A DNA stretch of 63,384 bases, counting the filler, from Actinomycetota bacterium (GTDB lineage Bacteria > Actinomycetota > CADDZG01 > JAHWKV01 > JAOPZY01): NCBI GenBank assembly GCA_025963875.1. It is 7 parts of 7 records of this genome, joined end to end, with 100 filler letters (N's around TTAATTAATTAA, not from the genome) between each part and the next. Parts side by side here need not be neighbours in the genome. Positions count along the whole stretch, not along the records: positions 13,378 to 22,441 come from JAOPZY010000257.1; positions 22,542 to 29,897 come from JAOPZY010000008.1; 5 more parts are not named here. The stretch is one strand, 5' to 3'. The notes below the pieces were generated by a model. That model did not search any database, was not told where the DNA came from, and was given only the letters and a program-made list of their open reading frames with translations. Positions within the stretch are counted from its first letter, which is position 1. The number at the start of each line of letters is the position of its first letter. Shown here piece after piece: positions 18,439-29,997 of the stretch. Position numbers and translations under genes: made by a program.

Positions 18439-18531
18439 ACCGGCCAGCCAGACCAAACTTTTTTGGTGCCGTTCAAAAACAGGCCATTTTCTGTCGGTAC
18501 CCCTCCGTATCGTCGTTCTTGCAAGCCCCCA

Positions 18532-18551
18532 GGCGCCCCTCAAGGAGCCGG
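18532..18551 (+). repeat. REP-like palindrome copy
   Basis: GGCGCC CCTCAA GGAGCC GG (one mismatch). Confidence 0.7.
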
Positions 18552-18583
18552 TGATGCCGGAACGAGCGACGAAGGAGCGGAAG

Positions 18584-18901
18584 ATGGACACGCAGCGGAC
18601 CGAAGGACCTGGAGCCGAACCCGGCTTCGAAGGGGTGGAGGCCAACGGCATCCGGCTGGCCACCACGATCGACCCCCGGCTGGCAGAGGTCTGGACCACC
18701 CTGTTTGCCGCCGACCTCGACGCCGCCGACCTCTCGGAGCAGGTCGGCTGGTTTCTGCGGATGGCGTACCTCCGGGGCTACCACGACGGGCTCTGCGAGC
18801 CGGATGCAGGATCGCTGTACCGGGACCTGGGGATACGGGTGCCGCCGCGTCGCCGGACCGCCGCCACACGACCGGGCACCACCCACCGAAGGGAGGCATA
18901 G
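18584..18901 (+). CDS. Hypothetical protein
   Basis: AAGGAG SD before ATG 18584. Protein-like composition (FLRMAYLRGYHDGLCE). Abuts the next gene. Confidence 0.65.
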   Translation: MDTQRTEGPGAEPGFEGVEANGIRLATTIDPRLAEVWTTLFAADLDAADLSEQVGWFLRMAYLRGYHDGLCEPDAGSLYRDLGIRVPPRRRTAATRPGTTHRREA

Positions 18902-19087
18902 ATGATCATCGACTGCCGTGACTGCGAGCTGCACGAGACCGAGCACTGCGAAGACTGCTTCGTCATGGCGCTGCTTGCGCCCCGCAACCGCCCCGTCGTC
19001 ATCGATCCCGAGGAGGAGGAAGCCTTCACCAACCTGCAGGACGCCGGCCTGGCGCCGCCGCTCAAATTCCGGCGACGGGCCGGCTAG
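18902..19087 (+). CDS. Small Cys-rich metal-binding protein (CxxC-x7-CxxC)
   Basis: MIIDCRDCELHETEHCEDC, GGGAGG SD. Confidence 0.75.
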   Translation: MIIDCRDCELHETEHCEDCFVMALLAPRNRPVVIDPEEEEAFTNLQDAGLAPPLKFRRRAG

Positions 19088-19199
19088 GGCGTCGCAGCGA
19101 GGAGATTGACCGGCTTGTTCCGGTACAGATGTCCGGTGCTTGAAAACCGCATGTCAACCGGCGTTTGATTACCCATCGTCGGCACGACTGGGGTGGGGT

Positions 19200-20516
19200 T
19201 TGCAGAAGCTGTATCTGGTGGGGTTCACAACTGATCTGGGGGGTTTGGTGCTCTCCCGCCAAAAGGGCGTGAAGAGCGGCGGCTTCGTCGTCGATCTCGA
19301 CGATCAGTTGCGGGCAGCTCTCGAAGAGGCCTACCGGCGCCACAAGGAGGGCGGCTCCCGCGGCGAGCCTGTCCCGGCGCGCCCCCCCGAGGTCCCCCCG
19401 GAGTCCGAGAAGCCGCCGGACGATGCGGCCGGCGAGTCGAGGCCCCGCAGGAAGCCGGGCCGCGGCGTGCTCACGCCGAAGGAGATCCAGGCCGAGTTGC
19501 GGTCGGGCAAATCCGTCCAGGAGGTCGCCGAGATGGCCGGCACCGACACCTCCTGGATCGAGCGGTTCCTGGGCCCCATCCTCGCCGAGCGCAAGGGCAT
19601 CGTGGACGCCGTGATGACCGGCGTCATCTCGCATCCACGGCGAGGCAGGTCGAGCTGCAACGTGGGACAGGCCATCGTCGCCAATCTCAAGGAGCGCAAG
19701 GTAGCGATCTCCCCCGAAGACCTCGAGGAGGGCTGGAGTGTGGCCCGGAACAAGGGCCACTGGGAGGTGACCTTCCATTATTCGCTCCGAGGGCAGGACA
19801 AGCAGGCCCGGTTCGTCTACGAGCCCGAGAGCGGTGTGACGGCCATGGATGCGGACGCGTCCGTGATCGGTTGGCGGCCTCCGCCCTCCAAGCGCGCCAG
19901 CGCCGAAGGTGGTCCCGAGGGGGACCCCTCTTCGGCTCGTCAGGCCCCGGCGGAGGCAGCGGCTGCAGCTGCGGCCAAACCAAGGGCGAAGCCCAAGGCT
20001 GCCCCCCGCCGGGAGGTCGCGGTGGCCACAGCCGTTTGGGGTGCCACGAAGGTCACGCCGCCCACCGCCCCGGCGCGCCGGAGCAACTTCATCGGGCCCG
20101 GCAAAGCCGGCGCTGCGTCGGGACCGTCGAAGCCGGCGGCCATGTCGCCGGCAAAGGCCGCAGGCAGGGCGAAGCCTGTCCAGCCTGTGCAGCCGGCCAA
20201 ACGCCTGCCGGGCGCCGCCGACGACCGTCCCGTCTTCGCACGCAACTCGTCCAGCCCCCGCCCGAAGCGGCTCATCACCGTCGCCGACGACGATGCGGAC
20301 TGGCGCTCGGCGCTCGCCAAGACGCGGGCGAAGAGAAAGGGCGTCCCGGGCCCCCAGCCGCAACCAGGCGCCTCCGGGCCGCAACCCGGAGCCCGTTCGC
20401 CGAAGCCGGGGGTGGCCGCGCCGAAGCCACCGCCGCAGCCCCCAGCCCAGACCCAGGCGCAACCTGCCCGTCCCCAGCGCAAGCGACTCCCCGACGACTG
20501 GATGGTAGGGGAATAG
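19200..20516 (+). CDS. sepH: SepH-like (DUF3071) septation protein with long Pro/Ala/Lys-rich tail
   Basis: KLYLVG..DLGGLVL...LDDQLRAAL...LTPKEIQAELRSGKSVQEVAE.AG....IERFLGPILAER fits the DUF3071 HTH. Start inferred at TTG 19200. Confidence 0.78.
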   Translation: MQKLYLVGFTTDLGGLVLSRQKGVKSGGFVVDLDDQLRAALEEAYRRHKEGGSRGEPVPARPPEVPPESEKPPDDAAGESRPRRKPGRGVLTPKEIQAELRSGKSVQEVAEMAGTDTSWIERFLGPILAERKGIVDAVMTGVISHPRRGRSSCNVGQAIVANLKERKVAISPEDLEEGWSVARNKGHWEVTFHYSLRGQDKQARFVYEPESGVTAMDADASVIGWRPPPSKRASAEGGPEGDPSSARQAPAEAAAAAAAKPRAKPKAAPRREVAVATAVWGATKVTPPTAPARRSNFIGPGKAGAASGPSKPAAMSPAKAAGRAKPVQPVQPAKRLPGAADDRPVFARNSSSPRPKRLITVADDDADWRSALAKTRAKRKGVPGPQPQPGASGPQPGARSPKPGVAAPKPPPQPPAQTQAQPARPQRKRLPDDWMVGE

Positions 20517-20577
20517 CCCGCGATCTCCCCAATCTCCTCGCCCATTTGCGCCCGAAGCGGCTACGATTCGCTGCAGA

Positions 20578-20979
20578 ATGAAGGTGCTGGTGTACGTCGA
20601 CGGATCCGACGCAGCCATGCGGGCCGTTGATCGCGCCATCACGCTGGCCGTCTCCGGAGCCGACGTCCTGGCGCTGCACGTCTACCCCCCGAGCCTCGAC
20701 CGGGGACTGGTGAGCGCCTTCGAGATCGAACCGGAGGACCTCGACGCCGCGTTTGCCCGGAGGGTGCTGAGTGCCGTGGTGGAGCGCTTCGCGGCCCGAG
20801 GTCTCGTCGTGGCCACCCTTGTCCTGATCGGTCACCGCACCGAGATGATCTGCGACTACGCGTCGTCGCACGGCTTCGAGCTGATCCTCGTCGGGTCGTC
20901 CGGCGCCTCCCGTATCGGCGTGGGCCTGGCGGAGGCGGTCCGCCGCCGTGCCAGGATGACTGTCGAATCCGTCGCCTAG
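20578..20979 (+). CDS. Universal stress protein
   Basis: VLVYVDGS..AMRAVDRA, LHV, LILVGSSG. Confidence 0.85.
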   Translation: MKVLVYVDGSDAAMRAVDRAITLAVSGADVLALHVYPPSLDRGLVSAFEIEPEDLDAAFARRVLSAVVERFAARGLVVATLVLIGHRTEMICDYASSHGFELILVGSSGASRIGVGLAEAVRRRARMTVESVA

Positions 20980-21085
20980 CAGCTGCCCGTGGGCGGTCTC
21001 GCAATCAAGTGTCTGTCTGGCCGCGCTCTACGCGGTCAAACAGACACAAGATTTCCCGAGCCTCGCAAGAACCGACCAGGGCGCG

Positions 21086-21709
21086 CTACATCCTGCTCAG
21101 GAGCTCCGCCTTCTTGGCCTGGAACTCGGCGTCGGTGACGAAGCCCTTGTCGCGCAGCGACGCCAGCGCGGCGATCTGGTCCGGGATGCTCGTCTCCTTC
21201 TGCTCGACGCGCGGCCCGGGGACCCGCAGGCGGTTGTTCTCCATCTCGGTGTAGACGAGCTGTTGCGCCCGGTCCGGGTGTGGGATGCGGGGAAACGTGT
21301 CCTGCCCCCGCTCGCCGGCGGACTCGATCATGAGGTCGCCCGTGCCCACCATGCGCTCGAAGAGGGTCTGGTGGTAGGAGATGTCGTTGATCCGCTCCAG
21401 GGGGATCTCGGTGCCGTGCTTGCTGAGCACCCCGGTCCGCACGATGAGCCGGTCGCTCGTGAGGACGAAATGCGTCGTGCGCCATTCAGCGAACCTCACC
21501 AGGAACGTGACCAGCCACATGACCGTGAGGGCGCCGAGGCCCAGCAACGTGTACGTCTGGGCATTGCCGTTCAACAGGATGGTGGCCGCCACCGCTCCGG
21601 CGAGGATCACCACGGCAAAGGACCCCAGCGGAGCGAAGTACCACCAGTGCGGGTGCAGGTCGAAGGCGATCAGTTCGCCGGGATTGAGCAGTTTTTTCGG
21701 GTAGGACAC
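21086..21709 (-). CDS. Bacterial PH-domain (bPH_2) membrane protein with C-terminal SHOCT
   Basis: HPHW, 2 TMs, TSDRLIVRTGVLS, IPLERINDI..QTLFER, LASLRDKGFVTDAEFQAKKAELL. Confidence 0.88.
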   Translation of the reverse strand: MSYPKKLLNPGELIAFDLHPHWWYFAPLGSFAVVILAGAVAATILLNGNAQTYTLLGLGALTVMWLVTFLVRFAEWRTTHFVLTSDRLIVRTGVLSKHGTEIPLERINDISYHQTLFERMVGTGDLMIESAGERGQDTFPRIPHPDRAQQLVYTEMENNRLRVPGPRVEQKETSIPDQIAALASLRDKGFVTDAEFQAKKAELLSRM

Positions 21710-21715
21710 GGCCCG

Positions 21716-22147
21716 TCAGGCCCCGGCTTGGGAGAGGTCGGGTACCGGCTCGGGGAAGCGGGTGTGCAGCACGGAGTCGAAGTGCTCGGCCAGCCGCTGG
21801 TTCGTGTCCAGCATCACCATGAACGCCTGCTTGGGCAGGACGAGGAGCTCGCAGTCGCAAACGGCGTTGGCCCGGCGGCGGTGGACGGTGTTGAGCAGCA
21901 GGGAGATCTCCCCGAAGGAGTCTCCGGCCCGGAGGCGTGCGACCTCCTCCCCGGTCTCGGCCCAGATCACGACCTCGCCCGACAGGATGATGTAGAGGGC
22001 ATCGCCGGGCTGGCCGGGCTCGAAGATCAGGCTCCCGGCTCGCCAGAACAGGTTGAGGCTCTCGCCCACGATGGCCAGGAGGCTGCGCTCGTCCAGCGGG
22101 GAGAAGTCGGGGACTCCCCGCAGCATTTGCACGAGGCTGTGTGGCAT
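21716..22147 (-). CDS. Stand-alone cyclic-nucleotide-binding domain protein
   Basis: IFEPGQPGDALYIILSGEV...GDSFGEISLL....RRANA. No output domain. Confidence 0.88.
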   Translation of the reverse strand: MPHSLVQMLRGVPDFSPLDERSLLAIVGESLNLFWRAGSLIFEPGQPGDALYIILSGEVVIWAETGEEVARLRAGDSFGEISLLLNTVHRRRANAVCDCELLVLPKQAFMVMLDTNQRLAEHFDSVLHTRFPEPVPDLSQAGA

Positions 22148-22285
22148 TCCCGTCTCCCCTCCGACACCGACGAACGCCTGCAAACCTTAGACGGATCCGG
22201 ACAGATCCGGCCTCGGGCATCGGCCCTGGGTGCCTCGACTATCCTAAATGGCACGCAGGGAGGTTGTCCGAGACGACGCACCCGA

Positions 22286-22305
22286 GGCGCCCCTCAAGGC
22301 GCCGG
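22286..22305 (+). repeat. REP-like palindrome copy
   Basis: GGCGCC CCTCAA GGCGCC GG. Confidence 0.75.
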
Positions 22306-22326
22306 ATAATAAAGAAGGAGCACGCA

Positions 22327-22441
22327 GTGTCCTACTACCAGGTGCCGCTGCGGATCGCCCAGATTTCTGACGTCCACGCCGGAGAGGTCACCTTTCAGCA
22401 CGACGTCATGGCAAGGGCGATCGAGACCATCAACCGCATGC
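22327..22441 (+). CDS. Metallophosphoesterase (CpdA/Icc-like), N-terminal fragment
   Basis: AAGGAG SD and LRIAQISDVH. Truncated by the gap. Confidence 0.7.
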
Positions 22442-22541
22442 NNNNNNNNNNNNNNNNNNNNNNNNNNNNNNNNNNNNNNNNNNNNTTAATTAATTAANNN
22501 NNNNNNNNNNNNNNNNNNNNNNNNNNNNNNNNNNNNNNNNN

Positions 22542-25500
22542 GAGGGGCTTCGAGACGTAGTCGTCCATGCCGGCCGCCAGGCAGCGTTCGCGGTCGCCCG
22601 CCATTGCGGCAGCGGTGAGGGCGACGATGGGGGTGTGCCGGCCGGGACCCTCGAGGGCCCGGATGCGCCGCGTCGCCTCGTAGCCATCCATGTCGGGCAT
22701 CAGGCAGTCCATCACGATGGCGGCGTACGGGCTGTGCCGGACGGCTTCGACTGCCTCCGAACCCGAGGAGGCCATCTCGACCCGGTAGCCGAGGCTTTGC
22801 AGCAGCCCCTTGCCAACCTCTCGGTTGATCTCGGCATCGTCCACCAGCAGGATGCGGGCACCCTCGCCCAACGAGGGTGCCGCCCGGTCGGCGGCGTGGT
22901 CCCCAGCGGGCCGGGTGCCGCGCGGGGCGCCCTCGCCGTCACCCACCTCCACAGCCGGGAGCGCGACCTCGAACCAGAACGTGGTTCCTGCGCCGGGCTC
23001 GCTGGTGAATTTGAGGCTGCTGCCCATGAGCTCAACCAGCTGACGGCAGATGGCCAGACCGAGGCCGGTGCCACCGAAGCGGCGGGTGGTCGACGCGTCG
23101 GCCTGCGTGAAGGGCTCCAGGAGGCGGTCCTTGCTGGACGGGTCGATGCCGATGCCGGTGTCCCGGACCGCGAAGCGCAGGTCGCCGGATGCGGCCTGCC
23201 CGATGGTGAATTCCACACCGCCTCGCTCGGTGAACTTGACGGCGTTGCCCAGGAGGTTGATGAGGACCTGGCGAAGCCGCACCGAGTCGCCGCGGACCCA
23301 TCCTGGGACACCCCGTGCCACCTTCAGGGTGAGGCTGAGACCCTTGTCGTTGGCCGGCGACGAGAGCAGGCTCACGACGCTCTCCGCGGCGGCGAGCAGG
23401 TTGAAGTCCACCTCCTCGAGCTCCAGCTTCCCGGCCTCCATCTTGGAGAAGTCGAGGATGTCGTTGATGATCGTGAGGAGGCTCTGGCCGGACTCGCGCA
23501 GGGCCAGGACGCGGCGGCGCTGGCCGGGCTCCAGGTTGCCGTTCAGGAGGAGTTGCGACATCCCGAGCACGCCGTTCATGGGGGTCCGGATCTCGTGGCT
23601 CATGTTGGCAAGGAACTGCGACTTGAGGCGGGACGCCTCCAGGGCCTCGTCGCGGGCTGCAGCGAGCTGGTCCTCGCGCTCGAGGAGGGCGGCTCGGGCG
23701 CGCTTGCGCTCGCTGATGTCCTGGCAGATGGTCGCGATGCCGGCAATCCTGCCCTCGGTGTCCTCGATCAGCGAAAGGGTGACGGAGACGTCCACGGACG
23801 ATCCGTCCTTGCGGAGGCGGACGGTCTCGTATTGCTCGACGCCGAGTCCACGGGCGACTCGCCCCCGGAGGGCAGTTTCCTCGTCCCGGCGCTCGGGGGC
23901 GATCAGCACCTCGATCGAGGCGCCGATCATCTCGGCTGCCGTGTAGCCGAAGAGGACCTGCGCACCGGGGTTCCAACTGGTCACGATACCGTCCAGCGTC
24001 TTGCCCAGAATGGCCTCCCGGGACGCCTGCACGATCGAGGCGAGCCGTGCCTGCGCCTCCTGGGCCTGCCGGCGGCCGGTGATGTCGCTCAGCACCGAGA
24101 TCCACACCGGTCCGAACTTGGGGAGGTCGTGGGCGGTGACGTTGACGGCGCACCAGAATGGCGTGCCGTCCTTGCGGATGTTGTGGACCTCCCCTCGCCA
24201 CGCGCCATTCGTTTGGAGGGCTTCGATGATGGCCGAGGCTGTCTCCTCCGGCGAGGCGGCGCCGGGAGCGTTCATGTTGTGGACAGGGCGTCCGATCAGT
24301 CCACCGGGCTCGTAGCCGAACATGGCGTCGAGGCTGCTGTTGCCATAGGCGATGGTGCCGTCCTGTTCCCGCACCACGACGACGCCCTCGGACATGTTGG
24401 CCGTGATCGCGCTGAGGAACTGCACCTCGTCGGCGGCACGGCGGCGCTCGGACACGTCGGCGAAGGCGGTGATGCTGAACTCGATGGAGCCGTCGCCGGC
24501 CAGCACAGGCGTGCCCCAGACCTCCACCGGCACGGTGGCGTTCGGCGTGCGCAGCTCCATGTCGTCCGCGTGCGAGGTCTCGCCAGTCAGGGCGCGGACC
24601 AGCGGCATGTCCGCAGTCGGGTAGAGCTTGCTGGTGCCCGCAACGTAGGCCTGGTACACCTCGGCAAGATCGTCGGGGGCTGCCCCGGGCACGACACCGC
24701 GGCCGAGCAGGCGCTGGGCCTCACGGTTGGCGTAGTGCGGGTGCCCGTCCGGGGTGGCGACGAAGACGCCGATCGGCATCGCATCCAGGAACTGCTCCAG
24801 GCGCTGGCCGGCTTCGACCTGGCTGCCCGCCAGCTGGCGCTCGCTGGCTGCCAGCCTCCGGCTGCGCCGGCTCAGGAAGGTCCCCAGCGCCGCCGCGAGG
24901 GCGATACCGAGCATGCCGAAGGTAAAGGCAACCCAGCGCAACCGCGCCGCCAGGCGGTCCGCGCCGCCCATCACCTCCGAGCGCGCCTGCTGGACGAGGA
25001 TGCCCAGGTTCTGGCCGGGGATCGGCTCGTAGGACTCGATGGTGAGCCTCCGGTAGAAGGGGCTGTAGATGAGCGTGGTCACGGACTTCCCGGCCGCAAC
25101 GATCGCAAGGTTGGTGGGAGACAGGAGGGGTCCGCCGTTGTCCTCCGAGCCCGCCACGACCATCCCCGCCGGCGTGACAAGGAACTTCTCCCCGGTCTGG
25201 CCGAATGCAAGATCTTCGGGTTTGCCGAGGAGTTGCGTGACGTCCACGTCCACCACGAGCCTGCCAACCTCGGGGCCCCGCACGCCCCCGATGCTGACGG
25301 CGACCTGGCGCGAGCTCTGGGTGCCTGTGGTGATCGTGTCCCCGAGCGTGATCGGCTGGAGGTGGGTCCCGGTTACTGCGGTGGGGTTCACGCCCGGAAG
25401 CGAAGCCATTGCGAGCAGGTTCCCCGCTGCGTCGTACATCCGGACGTCCCCGAAGGGACCGGCCATGAGGATGTTCCTGGCGCTCTGGCTCGCCACTTCC

Positions 25501-25790
25501 CTGGCCACGTCGGGGTTGTGTGACTCCAACGTGGCGAGGAGGCCGGAGCCGCCTGCTGCCGAGGCGACGATCCGGATTGCATCATCCCAGGCCTGCTGCT
25601 CCTGAAGGCTCGTGGCCTTGCCGATCGCCGCCATGCCGCCGAGTGCCCGGTTCCTGACTTCGCTTTTCGCCACGCCGGATGCCCAGAGCAGGCTGACGAC
25701 AGGAAGGGCGGTGGCGGCGAGGACGACGGCGGCCGTACGAAGTCCAACCCGCATCCTTCGAGGATCGTTCACTGCAGTCCGTGGGTTCAC
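22542..25790 (-). CDS. Hybrid sensor histidine kinase (extracytoplasmic Cache-like, 3 PAS, HisKA, HATPase, REC); 3' truncated
   Basis: FLANMSHEIRTPMNG, NAVKFT, DTGIG, GGTGLGL, REC LLVDD...MDCLMP.MDG...KP. Confidence 0.95.
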
Positions 25791-25946
25791 AAGGATCTCG
25801 TCCTTCCTCAGGGATGCAGGGTGATGAGGATCCCGATGGCGGCACGCAGGCAGCATGTCTTCTCATCCTCGACCCAGGACCGCAGGGCCTCCATAGGCCA
25901 AATGAACCATTTTCTGCCACCGCCGATGTGGCCCGCGCCCGGCGAC

Positions 25947-26477
25947 TCAAGACCTACCGGCGCCGCCAAGCTCCAACCGGTACGCGAGCGCAGGCGGGCT
26001 GCCCGGCTGCTCGACGTCGTAGTCGGGCACCCGCTCGAACCCCAGGCTCTCGTAGAGCGCCCGGGCCGCGCCCATGAAGGGGGCCGTGTGCAGCGCGAGG
26101 GCCGGGACACCCATGTGGCGGGCGCGATCCACGCACGCCGCTGCCAGCAGCGTGCCGATCCGCCGCCCACGGGCAGCGGGGTCCACTGCGAGGAGCCGGA
26201 TCACCGGCCAGGCGAGGGGCCACCCGTGCATGCCAGAGCCGGAGCCGTCGGCGAGCAGCGTGACGGTCCCGGCCAGCCGCCCGCCGAGGTCCGCGACGAG
26301 GACGACGCCCTTGCCGAGGCGCCCCCGTACGTCCCGAATATCCTGCTCGAACCAGTCGATGAACTGGGGGGTGACCAGGGGCCGGTACTCCCGGAAGGCC
26401 CGGATCGTGAGGTCGCCGACCTCGTGGAGTTCGCCTGCCAGGGCCTCCCGGACCGTCGCTTCGGGGGCCGCCTTCAA
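25947..26477 (-). CDS. GNAT family N-acetyltransferase
   Basis: LAVDPAARGRRIG, A.ALYESLGF. Confidence 0.9.
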   Translation of the reverse strand: MKAAPEATVREALAGELHEVGDLTIRAFREYRPLVTPQFIDWFEQDIRDVRGRLGKGVVLVADLGGRLAGTVTLLADGSGSGMHGWPLAWPVIRLLAVDPAARGRRIGTLLAAACVDRARHMGVPALALHTAPFMGAARALYESLGFERVPDYDVEQPGSPPALAYRLELGGAGRS

Positions 26478-26593
26478 AGTGTTCCTATTCGAGAGGTTTT
26501 TGTCCAGGCAAATCGCTGAAAAACGCGGACGAAAACGTGCCGATTGGTGCAGAATGAGCCGGTTCTTCTGACCGGCACCGACGGGAGGCGTTC

Positions 26594-29500
26594 ATGAGAT
26601 TGAGTGGGCGGGCGATTCATCAGCGAGCTCTGGGCATCTCGACGATCCTGCTCTCGCTCGGGCTGCTGGTGCTGCCGCCGATGACCGCGCGTGCGGACAC
26701 CAACGGATCCGACACACCAACGCCGGCGATCCCGGGGCTTGCGCCGGGCAATCCTAATGTCCCCGTGGCGGTCTCGGTCATCCTGAGCCAGGCGCCGGCG
26801 CTCGCCGCCCCGCAGGCCGCCCGGGTCTCCAGCCAGAGCGCGGTCGCCGCCCAGCAGGGATCGTTCGAGGCCCAGGTGAAGGGCCTCGATCCCTCGGTGA
26901 AGGTCGTCTCCAGGCAGTCTCAGCTCCTCAACCGGGTCACGGTGAGCGTCCCGAGACGGCTGCTCGGCAAGCTGCAGGCCATCCCGGGCGTCAGCAAGGT
27001 CCTCGCCGAGCAGGTGTATCACGCGGCGATGGATGTCGCCCCGACCCAGATCGATGCCGTGGCGGCCGCCGAGGCCTCCACCGTCCTCTCCCACAGCTTC
27101 GCCAACGCCGGCCAGGGGGTCAAGATCGGCATCGTCGACACCGGCATCGACCCCAACACGCCGTTCCTGACCGACACGGCCACCCCGGCCCTCGGCATCC
27201 CGGGGTTCTCGACGCCGATGCCGGCGGGTTTTCCCAAGGGCGTGACGGCGTTCCAGGGCGCGCCGGTCACCACCCGCAAGGTCATCGCCGCCTACAACTT
27301 CTGTGACGACACCCTCGATTTCGTTCTCGGCCTTCCCCCGTGCACCAACCCCGGCGACCCTCGGGGCATAGGTGACGGCCACGGCACGCACGTCGCCGGC
27401 ATTGCCGCCGGCAACTACCACACGAGCGCCGGACCGGTCTGGGGCAATGTCCTCCTGAGCGGCGAAGCGCCCGCGGCCTGGCTGGGCGCCTACAAGGCGC
27501 TCGATCACGACGCCCACGGCCCCAACGGCCCCCAGGGCACCTCGTCGGAGATCGCCGCCGCGGTCGAGCAGGCGGTCCTGGACGGCATGGATGTCCTCAA
27601 TCTGTCGCTCGGCGGCAATGGGGAGGCATTCGACGTCGCCGGACTGGCGGTCGAGCAGGCAGCCACCCACGGCGTCGCGGTCGCGGTCGCTGCCGGCAAC
27701 AGCGGCCCGAACAGCTTCCAGGTCGGTTCGCCGGCCGCCGAACCCGACGTCCTCTCAGTGGCGGCCTCGGACTCGGACAAGTCGGCGATCCTCACCGGCT
27801 CGGTCACCGGCAGCGTGAGCGGCAACTGGGAGACCATCAACACCCGGGGCGGCTTCAACGCCGCCGGCGAGCCCACGCTGGCGCCGGCGCCCACGACCTA
27901 CGGCGGCTTCGGCAACTACCAGGGGCCCGGGTTCACCACCGCCTCGAACTGTCCGATCGATCCCACGCCCCCCGCGGCGACGGGCACGGTACTGGTCATC
28001 GAGCGCGGGTGCAGCGCCCTCCTCGACAAGGCGCACAATGCCCAGGTGGCCGGGGCGGCGGCGGTCGTCATCGTCAGCCAGGCCGGCACCCCCGCCTCCA
28101 GCTTCGCCGCCGCGTCGACCCAGACCATCCCCGTCTACATCACCAACCGCAGCACGTTCGTGCCCGCCGGGTTCTCCGTCACGGGCCAGCAGCTCATCGA
28201 CGCCTCGAAGACGACCCATCCGCTGGTCTCGGTCAGCCCCGCGATCGTCGCCCACCTCGGCGGCCACCTGGCCGGCTTCTCCAGCCCCGGCCCCCTCCGC
28301 GACGAGACCCTGAAGCCCGACGTGGCGGCCCCCGGGACCCTGATCCTGTCCAGCTCGTCGACGTTCCCCGGGGCGGGCGAGTTCGACCCCAGCCACTTCA
28401 CGTACCTGCAGGGCACGTCGATGGCCTGCCCCCAGGTGGCAGGGTCCGCGGCGCTGCTCAAATCCATCCACCCCGGCTGGACCGTCCAGGACATCAGGTC
28501 GGCCCTGCAGACCACCGGCCGGCCCGTCGCCGCCAATGACGCCGGCACCCAGCAGGCGGCCACGTGGCAGGTGGGCGGCGGGCAGATCGACGATCTCGCC
28601 GCCTCCAACGTCGGGGCAGCCGCCTCGCCGTCGGCGCTTTCGTTCGGCAAGCGCAACGTCGCCACCCAGGGGCGTTTCCACACCGCCATCGACGTCTCGC
28701 TCTCGTCGCTGAGCGGCGGGTACGAGCGATACCAGCTGAGTGTCGTGCCGGACCCCGGAACGAGCAACCCGGGGATCTCTGCGCCACGCTTCGTCGGGGC
28801 GCCCGACCGCGGTCCCGGCTCGTTCACCGTCTCTCTCGACACGCATGCGACGCAGACCGCTCCCCGGGTTCGCTACAGCGGCAAGATCGTTCTCAAGTCC
28901 GTCAAAGGCGGCCCCAGCCTGCAGATCCCGTACCTGTTCACGTCGATCAACTTCCCCATCGCCGACGGCTCGACCCTGCTGATCGACGACAGTGGACACG
29001 ACCGCATCGGGGCCAACTGGGACGATCCTGCAGCCAGCCCACCGTCGAACCCGTCGTCCAAGCTCTACGCCCAGATCGCAGCCACGGGACGCACCGTCGA
29101 GTACTGGGACCGCCTCTTCTACGGCGAGCCGTCGCTCAGCGACCTGAACGCTGCCAAGTCCGTGGTGTGGTCCTTCGAGACCGGCCCGGCCGACTTCGGC
29201 GACCTGACCAACATCGCCACGCTCTCTTCGACCGAGCTTGCGACCATGCGCACCTACCTCGACGGTGGGGGCCGTCTCGACGTGCTGGGCCAGATTTTCG
29301 CCGAGCAGGTCATCCTGCAATACGCCGCCCTGACGCCCACCGGCACCGTCGTGCCCGACAATTTCGCGACCGCCGACGCCTTCCTGCAGGACCGCTTCGG
29401 CATCGACGTGATCAACGGCGGCGTCGCCATCGACCCCCTCGGGGGCGGTCTGCCCATCCAGGGGGTGATCGGCGACCCGGTGGGCAGCGGGGTCACCGGC

Positions 29501-29897
29501 ACCCTGGTGCCGTCGTTCTTTGGCTTCCGGGACACGCTTGCCCTCGTCGGAACGGGCAGGCCGACATTCCTCGCCGACCCGACCCAGTCGTTCGGCAGCA
29601 ACGTCGTCGGGGACCGGACCGCCTACGAGCCGGCGCTGCGGGCGCCCGGGAACTTCGACCGGGGGCGCCCGGGAAGGACGACGTTCGAGAGCTTCTCGAC
29701 GGCCGACCTGCCGGGCGATGCCGGCGTGCTCGCCCGGGCCGGCATCCTCAACTGGCTGGAGGATGACGTGAGCGTCTCGGCATCGACCACGGGCAGCGAC
29801 CCGCTCACGGTGCAGGTCCACGCCGTCTCGGGGAAGGGCTCGGTGACGGGGTACCGCTTCGACTTCGGCGACGGGTCGCCCCTCCAGGGGAGCACGA
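26594..29897 (+). CDS. Secreted S8 (Vpr-like) serine protease with I9 propeptide, PA insert and C-terminal PKD-like domain; 3' truncated
   Basis: Signal peptide, triad IVDTGID / HGTHVAG / GTSMACP, AAGNSG, LKPDVAAPG, YRFDFGDG. Confidence 0.93.
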
Positions 29898-29997
29898 NNN
29901 NNNNNNNNNNNNNNNNNNNNNNNNNNNNNNNNNNNNNNNNNTTAATTAATTAANNNNNNNNNNNNNNNNNNNNNNNNNNNNNNNNNNNNNNNNNNNN

